This document shows, piece after piece, positions 38,001 to 51,390 of a stretch of DNA of 64,000 nt. The notes beneath the pieces were generated by a model. The model was not told where the DNA came from. It saw nothing but the letters and a program-made list of their open reading frames with translations, and did not search any database. This DNA comes from Tubiluchus corallicola (Eukaryota > Animalia > Priapulida): contig JAQGDQ010000270.1 of NCBI GenBank assembly GCA_030141605.1, positions 62,001-126,000 on the forward strand, written 5' to 3'. Made by a program: the position numbers and the translations under genes. Each line of letters begins with the position of its first letter. Position 1 is the first letter of the stretch.

Positions 38001-41000
38001 CTCATTAGGTGTATATTCATAATAATTTGCTGCAGTTGTGCAATAGTTTTAGATGTTGTGCGAAAATATAATAATTTGGTGGAAAGCATCGTATAAAACG
38101 GCAACCCTGGTGCTCATGGCTGCGGTATGTTTTCGAAAATTTCAAAAAGTAAATCTGCTCAGGTCTGCTTGGGGCAGCATCTCAGAGAATTGAAACTTGG
38201 GATAACCAATTCTTGTTGCCTTGAATTTTGCCTGCACACAGACTGATTCCATGTATGGTATTCTCGTAAATTTATTTAAATTGAAGCAGGCGTTAACTGA
38301 AGTGAAAGAAATGCGTCATTGCCACTACTTTAAGGCTAAGAATGATCTCTACTGGGGCAGCTGACTAGATGACCTCTTGGTTTTTCGCTGCCTATTCTTC
38401 ACGATATTGTTTAAAAATAACCTTATTCATATTAGAGTTATCCATATTTGGCAAGTAGTGCAACTTTGTCAGAATGGAATTCGTTGCCGACTGGTTTCGA
38501 ACAAAACTGTTCATTATCAAGGCATCTAAAACAAAGAAATTTACCAGAATTTCAACAAAATGGCAGCTTCCTGAGGTTGATAGTTTTGTTACTATTAACA
38601 TAATGGTTTGTTTGTAGAGTGTAAAATAGTTTCATAGCAATTAAGATATGATGTCATTAAGGTAAATTGTTACATTACCTCTATAATGTAATATCATAAC
38701 TTATATCTTTTGGCTATTATCTGCTGAATTGTATTTCGATGTTGTTTCTAAATTCTAGTAAATTCCTTTGTTTTAGATGCCTTGATAATGAACAGTTTTG
38801 TACATAGCTGGCCTGCAATAAATTCCATTTATTCATAATGTGTCTGTTTTTGTAATGCTGTGTCAAGATAAATAAACATTGTTGGAATGGAAGCGCTTGC
38901 TCACTGGGTGATAAATTTGTGATGCCACATAACCAAAGCACGTTTACAGATTATTGACTGTATTTTTAACTTAATGCTCATATTTGCAGGAGAAAACTCA
39001 TATGCAATCTTTCAAACTCACGTGGGATATGCTGAACCGTCATCTCTTTCAAAGTATCATCTATTCAGATCCTTTACTTCAAAACAGTCTACCTATGATC
39101 ATTACTCAAATGAGGTAATTGTAGTTAACATGTAATTAATGTGGTTCTATTAAATGTAGTATTTCTAAATCTGAAAGGTAGCTTGCCTCTGTGGTGTAGT
39201 GACTAGCAAGGTGTGCAGGCAGCGGAAGTCCTAGGTTCGAATGCTAGGGCAGGTGTAAAAATTTTCAAATTTTGTTATTTGGTTTTGCTTTGATACGTTA
39301 ACAAGGTTGCCATTATTTTCCTGTGCTAGGTGAATCGAACTATTTTTTACACCCAAATGTTGCAATATCTCCGCTGATTGCCAGTTTTTGGTTTAAAATG
39401 CTTCTGATAGTCTTTAAAGCAAGGAATTAACCCCTTTGTGCGTTTGTAACATGCTTTCGGTACAAAATTCTTCTCGGTGTAATCTACAATGAAAAAAATA
39501 CAGATTTGCTTGGTGTTCCTCGTAGTAGATGTTCTAGTCTTGGTTGTAGAGCTCTTACAGTGGCTGCCCCATTCTCACGGAAGCAGTGGCTGCCCCGTGC
39601 TCGTGGAGGCAGTGGCTGCATCATGCTCGTGGAAGCAATTGCCATCCTCTTTAAGATTATGTGATACATTAAATAAATTTCATTGCTTGCTCAAATTTTA
39701 TAATATTCAAGCAGTTTTATAATATTTAGTTCCAATGTTTATGCCAAGTGATGATTTTGCATTTAAACTGTCATTTTTAAATGTGTTATCACCATTTAAG
39801 TGTTGTGCATAGCACACTAGAATAACTGTAGATGTTTACTTTGTAAACATAATTGTATTGTATTGCATTGCGTTGTATTATATTATATATACAGTCGATA
39901 CGCTGGTTCCGGTGAGACTCACACTGTCGAGAATCTAGCTTTCTATCCCAGCCTCCTCAACCGTTATCTTAAACTAGACGATGAGATGACAGTCATCAGC
40001 GTTGTGTGGAGGGACTCGCAAAAGCTCATTGACGAATTTGTGCAGGAAGAGGTTTGTTTGTTTGTTTGTTCGTCCATGTTTGTGTTGCTGAGTGAATTTA
40101 GGCCAACGTATTTCATAGCTTAGGTTTACCATAAGAAACAAACAGTGGGGAAGATTGCCATCAATGAATGACAGTTCTGTTACTACGGTAGTAGCATCAG
40201 TTGTAAATTTGTGCGGACTGGACCCATGATGACTTACCTTGCACATCGAATATTTTATTCTTGTGATGCTGGTAATGATTTTTTACATACGGCTTGTATC
40301 TGTTGCATAATGAATAGCAAATGCATGAGGTAACCGATTCTCTTTTGCCAGAAAGTACCAGTTGGTTTGTTGGTTTGAAGAATTTCGTGGAAATAATTAA
40401 ATTTCCAGCTTATCTTAGGACAGTGCTGTACTGGTATGCCGTAGCACCTCAAAATGTTCTAAATCTAATAAATTTGTAAAAAAGGCCTGCATACGTAATC
40501 TTCACTAGCTTCAAAAGTAATAGCAGATTTTATTTTTTGTGTAGTTTATGTTGCTATTAAAATGCTGTTTGTATGTACACTGTTGTATGTATTATGTCTG
40601 TGTAATATATGCTAAAATAAAATAAAGATTATGTTGTGTTATTTTAAGTTGTTCTGTGTTACAATGCTTTTACATTTGGCGATAACAAGTTCTGCTTCTG
40701 TCTAGACGGCAATGAAAATGAAGCAGAAGATGCTTAAGGAAGACTGGGAGTTCTTCAAGACACAACAAAAACTGCTAAAGAAACTCGTTAAAACATCTGA
40801 CACGGCCAGCCAAAAGTAAGAGCTGCTATTTTACAACTATGATTCTACGTATAATTGCAATTGCCTGACTTTGAACATAGAAACTTTCTGTTTTGTCTAA
40901 GGTTTTTTTCATGACAGAGAATATTGATTTGTTAGTAATCTGCAGTTCAAATTTATATAATCTTTTCTATTCGACCTTTTCAATAGAATGTTTGCCTGTC

Positions 41001-44000
41001 TTTATTGAATGCTGTTGCTTTTCAGAAGTATTGATTGTTATGAAACTGTTTTTTCTGTTTTTAGGCAATTGGAGGACACGTTCAAAGAAGCCATGCAGGA
41101 ATTGCTGTCGGGAGCTCATCCCGGTTGTCCACCAGAGGGCGAATGTGACTGTCCCAAATGTCACAATAACAGGTATTGTCAATTAAAAAAATACTTGGAC
41201 AGGGTGAATAATCATATGGGTATGGACATTAGTGGCCGAAGTTTAGCCACGTCAAACTTAGTTAGTAAATGGATAGCCGACCACAAGATTCATTACTTGT
41301 TCTGGAAAGTTTCTTCAACCATGAGTGTATACCTTGGTGAGGCGACACATATCTGAACATGACTAAAACTTACTCCAGAAGATTCCGGTCTTCCCCCAAC
41401 AGTCTACATTGAGAGTGTGTCCTGCTGTTGGTTGTTGGATCTTGACTTGCAGTGTCTTGAATTGTATGTAAAAAAACAAATTAAAATAAAAAGAAAAGAA
41501 TTTAAATGAAGATGTTTGCTTTTGTGCAGTTTGGTATAGTTGTGCTTCATGAATGTGGTGCATTTTAGGTGCCCATGTGAGGAGTGCACCTTATCACAGG
41601 TACTCGCTTCTAAAATCATCTCCTCCGACGTCTCGGATGAGTTCGTGCAAGCGGCGTCAAGACTGATTATCGATGTCACACCGCCGTCGTTCTCTTCTAG
41701 CAGCGGCAATTCCAGTCGATCATCATCTCCAGATCCTCACTCTGGTAATTCACTCAGGTGAGATTTCTCTTTTTTCTATTTTTTTCTGTCTGTTCTGTAC
41801 TTGTGAAGTAATAAACAGTTCATCGGATAACATGTCGCCTTTTTGTTTAGTTGTGACATTGCGGCATTCTTTTCGCAAACTCAAGTTTTGGATTATCCGC
41901 ATGGGCAGAAAATGGTTAAATTAGCCCTTTATCTCCCGTTCGTGATATAAAATGGTAAACAACGAACATATCAGACTGTAATCTTTACATTTATCATTTT
42001 CAGGTATTTGCAATGTTGTGTAAAAGTTTTTTAGTCACTGCACTTGGTGCTTGTGCAGTCACATTGTAGTTAAGAAGTGAGCGAAGACAGTAGCTTGATA
42101 TTAATTGGTTTAGCTCACCTTTTTAGCATGACGTGATAAAAACGGTTGTATCAACACTTATAAAAACTTGTATTAGAAATATTGGTCGCATGTTATAGAA
42201 ACCTGTTAAACTTGGAGTTTCGTAAATTTGCTGATTTAGCTGCTTGGTTAACAGAAAATTAATTATTCATTTCCATTTGTAGGCAACAAGGTTGGCATAA
42301 AGCTATCGAAGACAGTGATAAGCAGAAGGAAATAAATCAGAAATGTAGCTGCCTTCATTGTACCAAACCCTGCACCACTACGGTGAGTAAAAACAACAAA
42401 AAGTCAAGTTTAGTCTTTGTGCTTTAATGTATGAAGTTGTCTTATGCGAGTAAAATCTTGAATCTTTCCATTTATACAATGTAGAGAATGTCAAGCAAGT
42501 ATAATTGCACAGTTCTTGGTTGTTTGCACTAGACATGGCTGTGTTAGAGTACAAACGATTACACTCAACTATTGAATCGATGTGCAATTCTTGAAAATCG
42601 AAGCGAAAAACAGCCTACTGTAGCGATTAAGAATTTGATTATTTTCATCGTTGCACTGTTGTTTAATGGCAAGCTGCTTTATCCTCGGCACCTTTAATGC
42701 AAAAATGCAACCGCAAGTAGTACTGCATATGCCAGAAGGTGTCTCTGGGTCATTTGCCGTCGAATCACTTTGCGGGAAAAATAGCAAATGCTAGTAAAAG
42801 AGTTTGAGCGTGGATGTGTTTCACGCAGAGCTCCAAAAATCTTTAAACTCGTCGGCAATTTAGTAGTGTGCGGTTGTCAATATTTATATTGACAGCTAGA
42901 ACAAGAAACATAATCGCATAATTTAAAAATAGGCTTTCATGCGAAAAGATAAATTCGAATCGTGTGTCGAATCAAAAATTGTGGAATAAAATTAAAATGT
43001 AATTGAACTTAAATTGAAATGTAAATTTGAAATCGTTTGTACTCTAGGGTGAGTCATTGTACTTTTCATTTTAGTTTTCCTTTACAAGAAAAGTGATTGT
43101 AATTGTCATTTCTTCAGACCAGGCACAATGATTGTAATTGTAATTATTCTTTCCAGGCCCAAAATGTCATTGTTTTGTTCAGACCAGAAACAATGGTTGT
43201 AATTGTCATTCTTTCCTTTTCAGGCCAAGCACAAAGATTGTGATTGTCATTCTTGCACAAAACAACAACCCAAATCCAACTTATCTCTGCCGCCCCTGTA
43301 CCAGCGTGCCGGACAGTGTAACCAGCATGGTGGCTATCCTCAGCCGACGTACAACCTGCACATGTCTGGCACGGCACAGACACAGAAGCCACATACATAT
43401 GCCTTAGATCTGGACAGCAGTGACTCGCTGCATGAGAACATCTATCACGCCTACGGGGACTGGGAGAACGGGTACGACTCCGGCAAGTGGCTTCTCAACT
43501 CTTGTAAGTTCAATCTTCTTAAGAACGACATGATGAAAGCTGGATTTCTGCACAGCGACGGCAGCGGCGACCACAACAACGTCGAAACCTTGGCGCCGAC
43601 TTCGCAGGAGACACAACAGCTTGCGATCGACTGCAGCAAGTTGAAGCTCGGTCAGGAAACGAGCTCGGCGGATGTTGCGGAGAGTTACTGTAAGCAGCTG
43701 GAACGGTTACAAAAGCTTCAGCAAGAGACGAAATCTTCAACGGTGTCGAATCATGGCGAGGCATCACCAGCGGGTGGGAAACTGAGTTGCGAACAACAGC
43801 AGCAGAAAGCTGCAGCCATGCATAATCAACTGAAAGCCTTGCAAGCAAAACTCACTCCGGAGATGATACAGTCTGCAGCATTAAACATGGCGAAGGACGA
43901 AGCCATCCGGGCATTACAGCAGCGCGGACAAGCTGCTGCTGTCGCCGCCCAGCAATCCTGCGAGAGGAAAAACTGCCCGCCGCCCAAACCGGCCGAGCCA

Positions 44001-47000
44001 CTTCCCGTAGCTCCTCCCGTCAATGGATGCTGTAAAACTGGCGACTGTCATTGTGATGATGACGTCGACGACAGTTGCTCGGAAAGAAGCACCTCCACAA
44101 CTAGCTCTACTCAGAAGGAGAGCAAGCAGTGTGATTGCTACTATTGTGAATTTTTCGGCCATGGTGTGGTACGTGGTTCTTAAATTTTCGGTAATCGTTA
44201 ACTGAAGACATAGTATTTGTGCATAGTGCATTGTCTCAGTTTTCTTTATTAACGTAAGACATTGTTAATGCTAATATTTGATATGCCATGTAACTATGGT
44301 ATTAAGATGAACTGGCTATTAGTGCAAATTCTAACTATGAATTATGACTGTTTTTTAGGGAGCCGTAACACCAGTCAGTCGTAACTACCCAGAAATGAGA
44401 GAAAGATTGCGGTTGAGGCTTACACGTAAAAAGGTTAGTTGAATTGCTATAGTAGTTTGCTGGTGGGTAGTTGATTTCAACATAAATAGCACAAGCTACG
44501 TAAACGTTTGCGGTAAACTGTGATTCATTCATTTTCTAGGGGAAAGCGAAGCACCGCGCTTCCAAATTTTTGTATTGCATATTTTTAAATTCATTTTAGA
44601 GCGAATGTCGGAATGCTATGCGAGCGTCCAGCTTAGATCACTCCGAAAGCAACGAGAGAAACGAACATGAGAATCCCGGTACTCAGAGTATTGACGACAT
44701 CTTACAGTTTATAAATGGGCAGACGACAAATCAGGCGAAATCAAGCGACCGGGTGTCGAAAAAAGCGGCAAAACGTCTCCGGCAGAAACAGAAGAAGGTA
44801 TGATGACTTGAATTGCTCTCCAATTTGCACTTGTGGGTATTTATGTCAGTAATTTCTGGTTCTTGTAGGGAGGGCAGTAAGTCGTTCACAAATTAGAGAT
44901 AATATTTTGTTAAAAGATAATATATTGTTTTTTTAGATCCAGCAAAAGAATGACGCTTCAGAAGCAGCTACTGAGGAAACACAGCAAACAGAAAAACCCA
45001 AAGAACCGGTAAAAGAGCCTGCAAAAGAGCCTGTTCAAGATCCTGTCAAGGATCCTGTCAAAGACTCCAAACCCAAGGTAATTTGTAGTCTTTCGTTAGC
45101 AAGTACGTATTCAATATTTTGTCTTTGTTCTACTGTGATATGAGAAAAAAGCTTAATTGCTTGGTGAAGCAAGTCATGTTAACTTTCTTATTTCCTCGCA
45201 GATTGTTGTTACAACCAAGCCTAATACCACCACAGAGACAGCAAACAACAAAGCTACCTTAATAAATTCTCAGCCCAAAATACAGGTAACAGTGCATCAT
45301 GCCTAGTTATCCAACATATCTGCTAGTTTCTTCATTAAATGATGTTAAAACTGATTAAATTATTGTTATATTATTCTTCGTATTTAAAAAGTATTAAGTA
45401 TTACAGTAAAAAGTGCACTGAGTAATATGATAGCTTTACTGAAATCGTCCCAAAATTTAATGAAGATATGCATCTTAAGCAAATGGCACAATTTTTTTGT
45501 GCCGGGTAGTACATCCCAAATCTGTTTCCCAACGTGTGCAAAATGCTAAGAGCACTAATTTCAGCAATAAAATAATTTGTCTGCCTACAGAGATCATTTT
45601 TCCAATTTAGTTCAAGAGAGCACTTTAAAATCCTGGCCCGATGTATCAGTATTATGGTGAAATTTATATTGGTAATGTCTTAATTTGCGTAACTATATCA
45701 ACATTTCTATCATAACAGACCCTAACCAATGACACACGACAGATTAATGGAAAGCCTATAGTGCTGCCACCTCGGAGGATAGGTCCGATCATCACTGCAT
45801 CTAAATCTCAGCAAACAACAGGGGAGTATGTTGTTCCAACAAAGCCGGCAAATGTCCAGAGTGCCATGAAAGAGAAACCAATGGTCAATGGGTCAACAGT
45901 TCAGCCTTCGCGGTCCGAGCCGAAGTTGGACGGTCGCAAAGCCTTGGCAGAAATAGATAACGCCACTGAAAGAGCTAACAAGAAGCAGCGAACTAACGGC
46001 AGACCTGGAGTCCAGCTGTCCGCTGGCCAGGTTAATGGACACGCAAAGGCTGGTCGAAGTCAAAACCACGAGGACACGTCAAAACCGGAGGAAGAATCTC
46101 AGCCTCAAAGGGTCGCCCAGAACAATGCCGGCATCGGTGCCATGCAAAACAATGTGAACAACAATACACCTCAGACACGCAAGAAAGAACGGAGAAAGAA
46201 AGGCAATACTAACAAAGTGGTTGAGCCGGAGTGGCAGCCGGAGCCACCACCGCCAGAACCGCTTGTAAAATTGCCCCAGGACACCAAGCAGAAGATTGGG
46301 AAAACAGTGAAGGTATTTGCTGCATTTGGTATCATGTTCAGTTAGATGAGTCAGAAGTAAATAATCCTTGTTAAACTCTAGAAGCTTTTCTTTGATTTTT
46401 TAAAACTTCTTAATCTTGCCTTTGCTTGGTGTTCATCTGATTTTTAGTTAGTTAATGCATACTGTTTGGCTGATCTTGTAGCAACATTGGACTAGAAATA
46501 GTGCAATTACATACTTTCTGAGCTTTTTTAACTTCTCCCTAGTCGGCCGACAAAAAAATCACTCGGTCATGAATCTGTGTCAACTTTAATAATGCCTAGT
46601 CTCCACTGTGTTGTTAGAAGCTACAGCAGGACAACGCGCATAGCGGGCTGTGTGTTACGAACACCATGGCAACTTATTGTTCTAGCTAAGCTGTGGCTTG
46701 CTGCTGCATGAATGTTTTATAAATATTAACGGTGCATTCAAACTACAAGAGTTCTCTCTGCAAGTTATTGCAAATTTACTCAAAATGCAGATTAAGGATC
46801 TTTGGATAAAAAACAAGGGTTAAGAACCCGTCTTAATGGATCCATCAGCTGTTTGTGCTTGCAAAATTAACGAATGTTGTACGAAACTGAAATTTCCAAA
46901 TTTGCAAGTTAATCGGTTGCAACAATGAACTTGTAATTACATTATTTGCAGTCCCATGAGTTTCTGTAATTTTGTGCTAATTGAGGCAAACTTTCTTGAA

Positions 47001-48092
47001 AATTTTCAACGTGCTCAGATTGTTAGTATCATTCTCATAAAACGAAACGCTGAAATTTTGCAGGAAATGCCTATTACTCCCGCTCCGGAAAATAACATCA
47101 AGAAAAAGAAAGGGAAATCCGGCACTGGTGCCACTGTTGGTAAGTTCATTTTCATTGGACGTAAAATGTCTTTAAACACGGGTTACAATTATTCAGTCAT
47201 TTATCTGTCTCTGTATTTGTAAGATAGTAATCTTACTTTTAAGTCTAAGTTTAAATCTAATTTACAGCTTAACTTGGCTTATGTTACCTTGGATATAATC
47301 AAAAAGTTGTTGTTGCCATCAGCAGAACGGTTTGCCAACTAACAGTTTATTTTATGGACATTTTTTGTTCCAGATGACGTGTTTAAACCAAAAGCCGATG
47401 CTGAAGTGTCTGAACTGGACGACATTGAAAGAGAAGTGGAGGCATTTAAGCGGTAGGTCGTAAGCTGCTGCTTTTTGTGTGGATCCGTAGAGAAAATGAA
47501 TAGATTTGCTCAAACTGTGAGACAGGAAGGGTGCCATTTTATAACACAGTCAAACCTCATTATATATAACGCCCCCTTTTTATAACTTCGCTTTTCCCTT
47601 AACGCCCAAATTTTTCGTAAAATAAAATGCCTGTATTTGCACAGACGTATGTATTAACCCAACTTGTTATAATGCCAAGCTTGCATAACACCAGGTTTTT
47701 CTGGTGTCCCATAGTGGGCGGCATAATGAGTTTTGGCTGTACAAATTCTATGGTCCAATTCTATGGCAAACCAGTGGGCACCATGTTGTACAATACAAAA
47801 CTGCATACGATTGTTAAGCAGATATAGCCCTCGAGTGACAAACTTGCAGTGTTGACCTTCATTGCAGACTAAAATGTTGGCAAACCTAAAGATTGTGGTA
47901 AATTAAACCATCATAATTCTGTGGGCATAGTTTTGAGTCATTAAGTTTTTGCTATGAAGGTAATGAGATGGTTTCCCGTATTGCAGGTTCTGCTACGATT
48001 CGACTCCAGCTGAGAAACGTGAAAAAGTTAAAGTGAAGATTGATTGCAACAGCCTCTTCAAGAAAAAGCATCCAGTTAGCTGCAGCAATTAG
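29088..48092 (+). CDS. FAM193A: FAM193 family protein (FAM193A-like), 22 coding exons, about 1324 aa
   Basis: Exons: 29088-29234 (ATG; least certain), 33098-33233, 33604-33725, 34992-35107, 36520-36675, 36834-36909, 37378-37512, 38990-39114, 39895-40051, 40706-40815, 41065-41172, 41569-41757, 42283-42382, 43224-44168, 44359-44433, 44600-44797, 44937-45077, 45202-45285, 45719-46312, 47064-47139, 47374-47452, 47987-48092 (TAG); 3975 nt, in frame. Recognised motifs: CLLCRRER, LPLWVCPCC, DPHQLFQRLESQAREFVIEMKVRLL, MLKEDWEFFK, DDSCSERSTSTTSS..CDCYYCEFFGHG, SRNYPEMRERLRLRL, SIDDILQFING, and the C-terminal DDVFKPK..EREVEAFKRFC. Confidence 0.9.
30684..31183. mobile_element. hAT (Charlie-like) MITE, copy 2
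   Basis: Perfect TIR caggggtgtgcaaatta / taatttgcacacccctg; TSD gtgtaaat / gtgtaatt; collinear with 21587-22003. Confidence 0.9.
34410..34562. repeat. About 51-bp tandem repeat, 3 copies
   Basis: aacgacgacgacagctagcttacagcatgtggtgttaacggcaccccaatg and variants. Confidence 0.9.
36150..36475. repeat. Degenerate (TACT)n microsatellite
   Basis: Direct inspection; it ends about 45 nt before a FAM193 acceptor. Confidence 0.9.
37146..37290. repeat. Dispersed repeat, second copy at about 61072-61215
   Basis: Shared aaaatgatgacattataatgatgaatg ... gtgtgattgtcttatttct.agatttcttcccc. Confidence 0.8.
39185..39255 (+). mobile_element. tRNA-derived SINE head
   Basis: A-box-like GTGGTGTAGTGA and T-arm cctaGGTTCGAATGctagg; no proper anticodon arm. 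Confidence 0.5.
47547..47739. mobile_element. Short Tigger-type MITE (CAGTCAAACC family), inverted copy
   Basis: cagtcaaacctcattata ... cataatgagttttggctg|ta. Confidence 0.65.
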
Positions 48093-50194
48093 TTACTAGA
48101 CATGTGTTAATGCTGATAGAACAGGAACAGTTCATTTCTGATACAATAGGGGCATTTTGTTTGCTGTAGACTGAGAACATTTTGTTTTAAATGAGCAAAG
48201 GTCTGCAGAAATAATGCACGAACTTTCGAAATAGTGTTTTCTTACCAAATGTTCATGGTATCTTTAATGACGTTAATAGGATGAATGGTACAACTTACTA
48301 TTAAGAGCTAGTTTAGACACAAAAATGTTATGTACAGAGGATAATGGGATGACATCGCAACAGTAGTATGTGTCATAGTTTTTCAAAGAAAAATTTCCCG
48401 AAACGGAACTACAACAAACTCGTAGCCATTTGTCTCAGAGAACGTGTTTTTAAAGACCTACAACACTTTGTAAGCACAGTCTTTACTCTTTCTAAACAGC
48501 TGCAGAAATCCTTCCAAGACTCACCAGACTTTGAAAATGTTTGTTTCTTGACTCAGTATAGCTTGCTTTATCAACATCAAATTGGCTAACAATGAAGTTA
48601 AGATAGTATGTATACAAAAATGTTTATAGATTATCGTTTGTCTCGTTCTACGATTAGCAACGAAAAACATGTTGTAATTTTTTTCAAATCTGCCTCAAGA
48701 CGTGTGCAACCTAATGAAGTTTTTGGTTCCGCAGGCCATAAATCCTTTATTTCGCTTAAGTTGGTCATACCAATAGGTTCTACCAGTGTTCTTAAGCAGC
48801 GGTTTGGAATGCTGGAACTTTTTTCCGTATAAATCAGTAAAATTGATGTGATTTATCAACTGTACTTTGTCTGTAAGTTAGAGCTTAATTGATATTGTAC
48901 CAAATGTTCCTGCCTTATTGATAAGTTAACACACTATATGAAACACCACAGTCATGGTTGTATTTAGGTATAACTTCTAGCCTTGCTGTTCAGCATTGTA
49001 TAAGCTGTAGTAATTTGTGTGAACTGCCATGTTCATGCAGGGCCACACTCATCTTCTACGGTGCAATATTTTTTAATTAGATTTTATAAATGCATTTGAC
49101 AGATGCTACTGTTTCCTGTTCTATCAGCACATCTACATTGTTAACGAAATCTTGCTTCGTATTTTAACCCATCTAGCATGCTAAACCTTCCCTGTGTGTG
49201 GTTTTACCAGTTTCAGTTGTATAGCTACTACAGTGTAACACATAGTAACGTGCTACGGTTGCACAGATCTATTACTTAACGGCTTTGTGCTTATTTCATG
49301 TATTCATTTCAATTAATCTTTATTGTACGGTCGGGGAAATTAGTTGTTCATGGATAGCATGAGCTGCAATGCATTGTTCAATTTTTACAAGTGAATAACA
49401 ATGCATTCATGCTTCACCGAATAAAACAATGTGTGACAGTACATTGTGAAATGTAATGCAGATGCATTGTTCATAATTTCAAGTTTCAGGAATGGCAGTG
49501 TATTGTTTAAATTTTGGAGGTTAATGTTGTCTCCAGTTATTAGGCTTTGTTGACGGTACGTCATGTTGTGCATTGTTTCCGATAGAATGCATTGTTTCTA
49601 CATGAGCTTGTTCGACACATTGTTAACGAATTCACAGTGAAATATTCTTTATACTGTTGGCATGAGTTGAGTTCTTTATATTATAATTCAAGTTTCTGTT
49701 CGTTTCTTCTTGGGTATGCCAAGCATTGAATGGCATTGATGTGATGACGACGTTGTATTTATCTACTGGGACATTATAATATATGGGTGCAGTCGATGGG
49801 ATTACTGTACCGTTCTTCCATTGTTCCAGTTGCCTTTATAAATAAATTTTTACATGCATTTAAATTTCATTGTTGCTGCTTTTTATTAGTTGTGAAAGCT
49901 GTTGGAGAGTAGGATAGTTCTGTTTTGTAATACCTACTGAAGAAGTCCGTCTGCAACAAATGAGATGTTAAGTTATACGGCATGATTAAGTTTGTCCATC
50001 ATGAGTCTCGGCATCAATTTGTCAATTTTACAGTTGATGTAGAGAAGTCCTTTCTGAGTATATTATAGTAATTTGTACCCAGTTTGAAACTTCAAGAAGC
50101 AGACCAACTGTAGACCAGTCGACTCGCAGTCGTGTGCACAGTATAAAGCTTATTCTAGTGTGTGCATCAAATGAGCAATATTCATTTACATATA

Positions 50195-50603
50195 CAGTCA
50201 ACCTCGGATAAAAGGGACACCTCCAGACCATATCCAATGTCCCTTATAGCCGAAGTTGAATCAGACCGAGGGTGTATCTAGACCTGTACTTTTACTCATA
50301 TTTTTATGGATTATTGCTACACATTCAGTGCAAACGGTATGTAGGAAGCTCCTTTGATGCGAATGTAGTGACGCAGAAACCGAGTTGTTTAAAGGCTGAG
50401 TTTGCGAAAAACTGAGGTTAAAAATCGATCAATTTCTCTCTGATTATATGCGACGTAACTTACCTGGGTTTCTATTATGCGGGACCTGCAGATATCTTCC
50501 CTAATATCCGAGTACCTTATATATGAAGATTTTTACATGTGAAAACTTGGGACCGGTGCTGGTGATTCCTTATAAGCGAGTACCTTATACCCGAGGTTGA
50601 CTG
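50195..50603. mobile_element. TA-flanked Tigger/pogo-type MITE
   Basis: TIR cagtcaacctcggataaaagg versus the reverse complement of ccttatacccgaggttgactg (19 of 21 match); TA on both sides. Confidence 0.85.
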
Positions 50604-50626
50604 TAATTGCAAACCAAACAATTGTA

Positions 50627-50796
50627 CAGTCAGACCTCTTTATACCGCTTAATATGGGCCTGCAAAAAAGTTAGCATTATAACGAGGTGCGCTGATATAA
50701 ATTTGTCAATGCAAATATACACTTTATTTTGCAAAAAAATTCCGCGTTAAGTGATGTTGGCATTTTAAGGAGGGGGGTTTAAATGAGGTTCAACTG
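50627..50796. mobile_element. Short Tigger-type MITE (CAGTCAAACC family)
   Basis: ta|cagtcagacctc ... gaggttcaactg|ta; related copies at 14137-14278, 22958-23151 and 47547-47739 (the last one inverted). Confidence 0.7.
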
Positions 50797-51390
50797 TAAA
50801 CGTCGTAGAAACCGCTTATGAGAAATGCTTAAATAAATCAATAAGCAACCAGCTACATAAATCGCCTGTACATTATTATATATGTGGTGCACATAGACCA
50901 AACCATACTAGCATGGTCGAAGAGCTAATATGATTTCTGTGAATGGACACACTGAACAACTGGAACATGGTAAAATCTCAAATACATTTATATAGTTTAC
51001 ATTTAGCAAAACAATCCAGATATTTTTTCAGATTTTACACTTGTAGACCTGGATTACTATCCTATAATGACAACCCTATACGGGAAAGATTGCAGAAGAC
51101 CTCTGACAAATGTTACAGCCATAACCTGCATGGAGAGACACATGAGTAAACAGCCATTCCAGTGCCAACTTGAACAGACACATTCACTCATTACTGCACT
51201 AGACAACGTCATCGAAACCCATTACGTCTCTTGTAGACTTTGGGGAGGCCGCAGTCTAATTTAAAAAATTTGCCGGCAAGACAGGTAAATACTACAGTTA
51301 ACTCAGTAACTGCTAGATAGCTGTCAGCACCACTTCCGTAACCCATACGTTGTAACAAACAACAGCAACAAACAATGTTTACATAGATCT

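Noticed and set aside
1681-48092. Non-canonical (U12 or GC-AG) introns
   Set aside because: All reconstructed introns are GT-AG, and no GTATCCT donor was seen.
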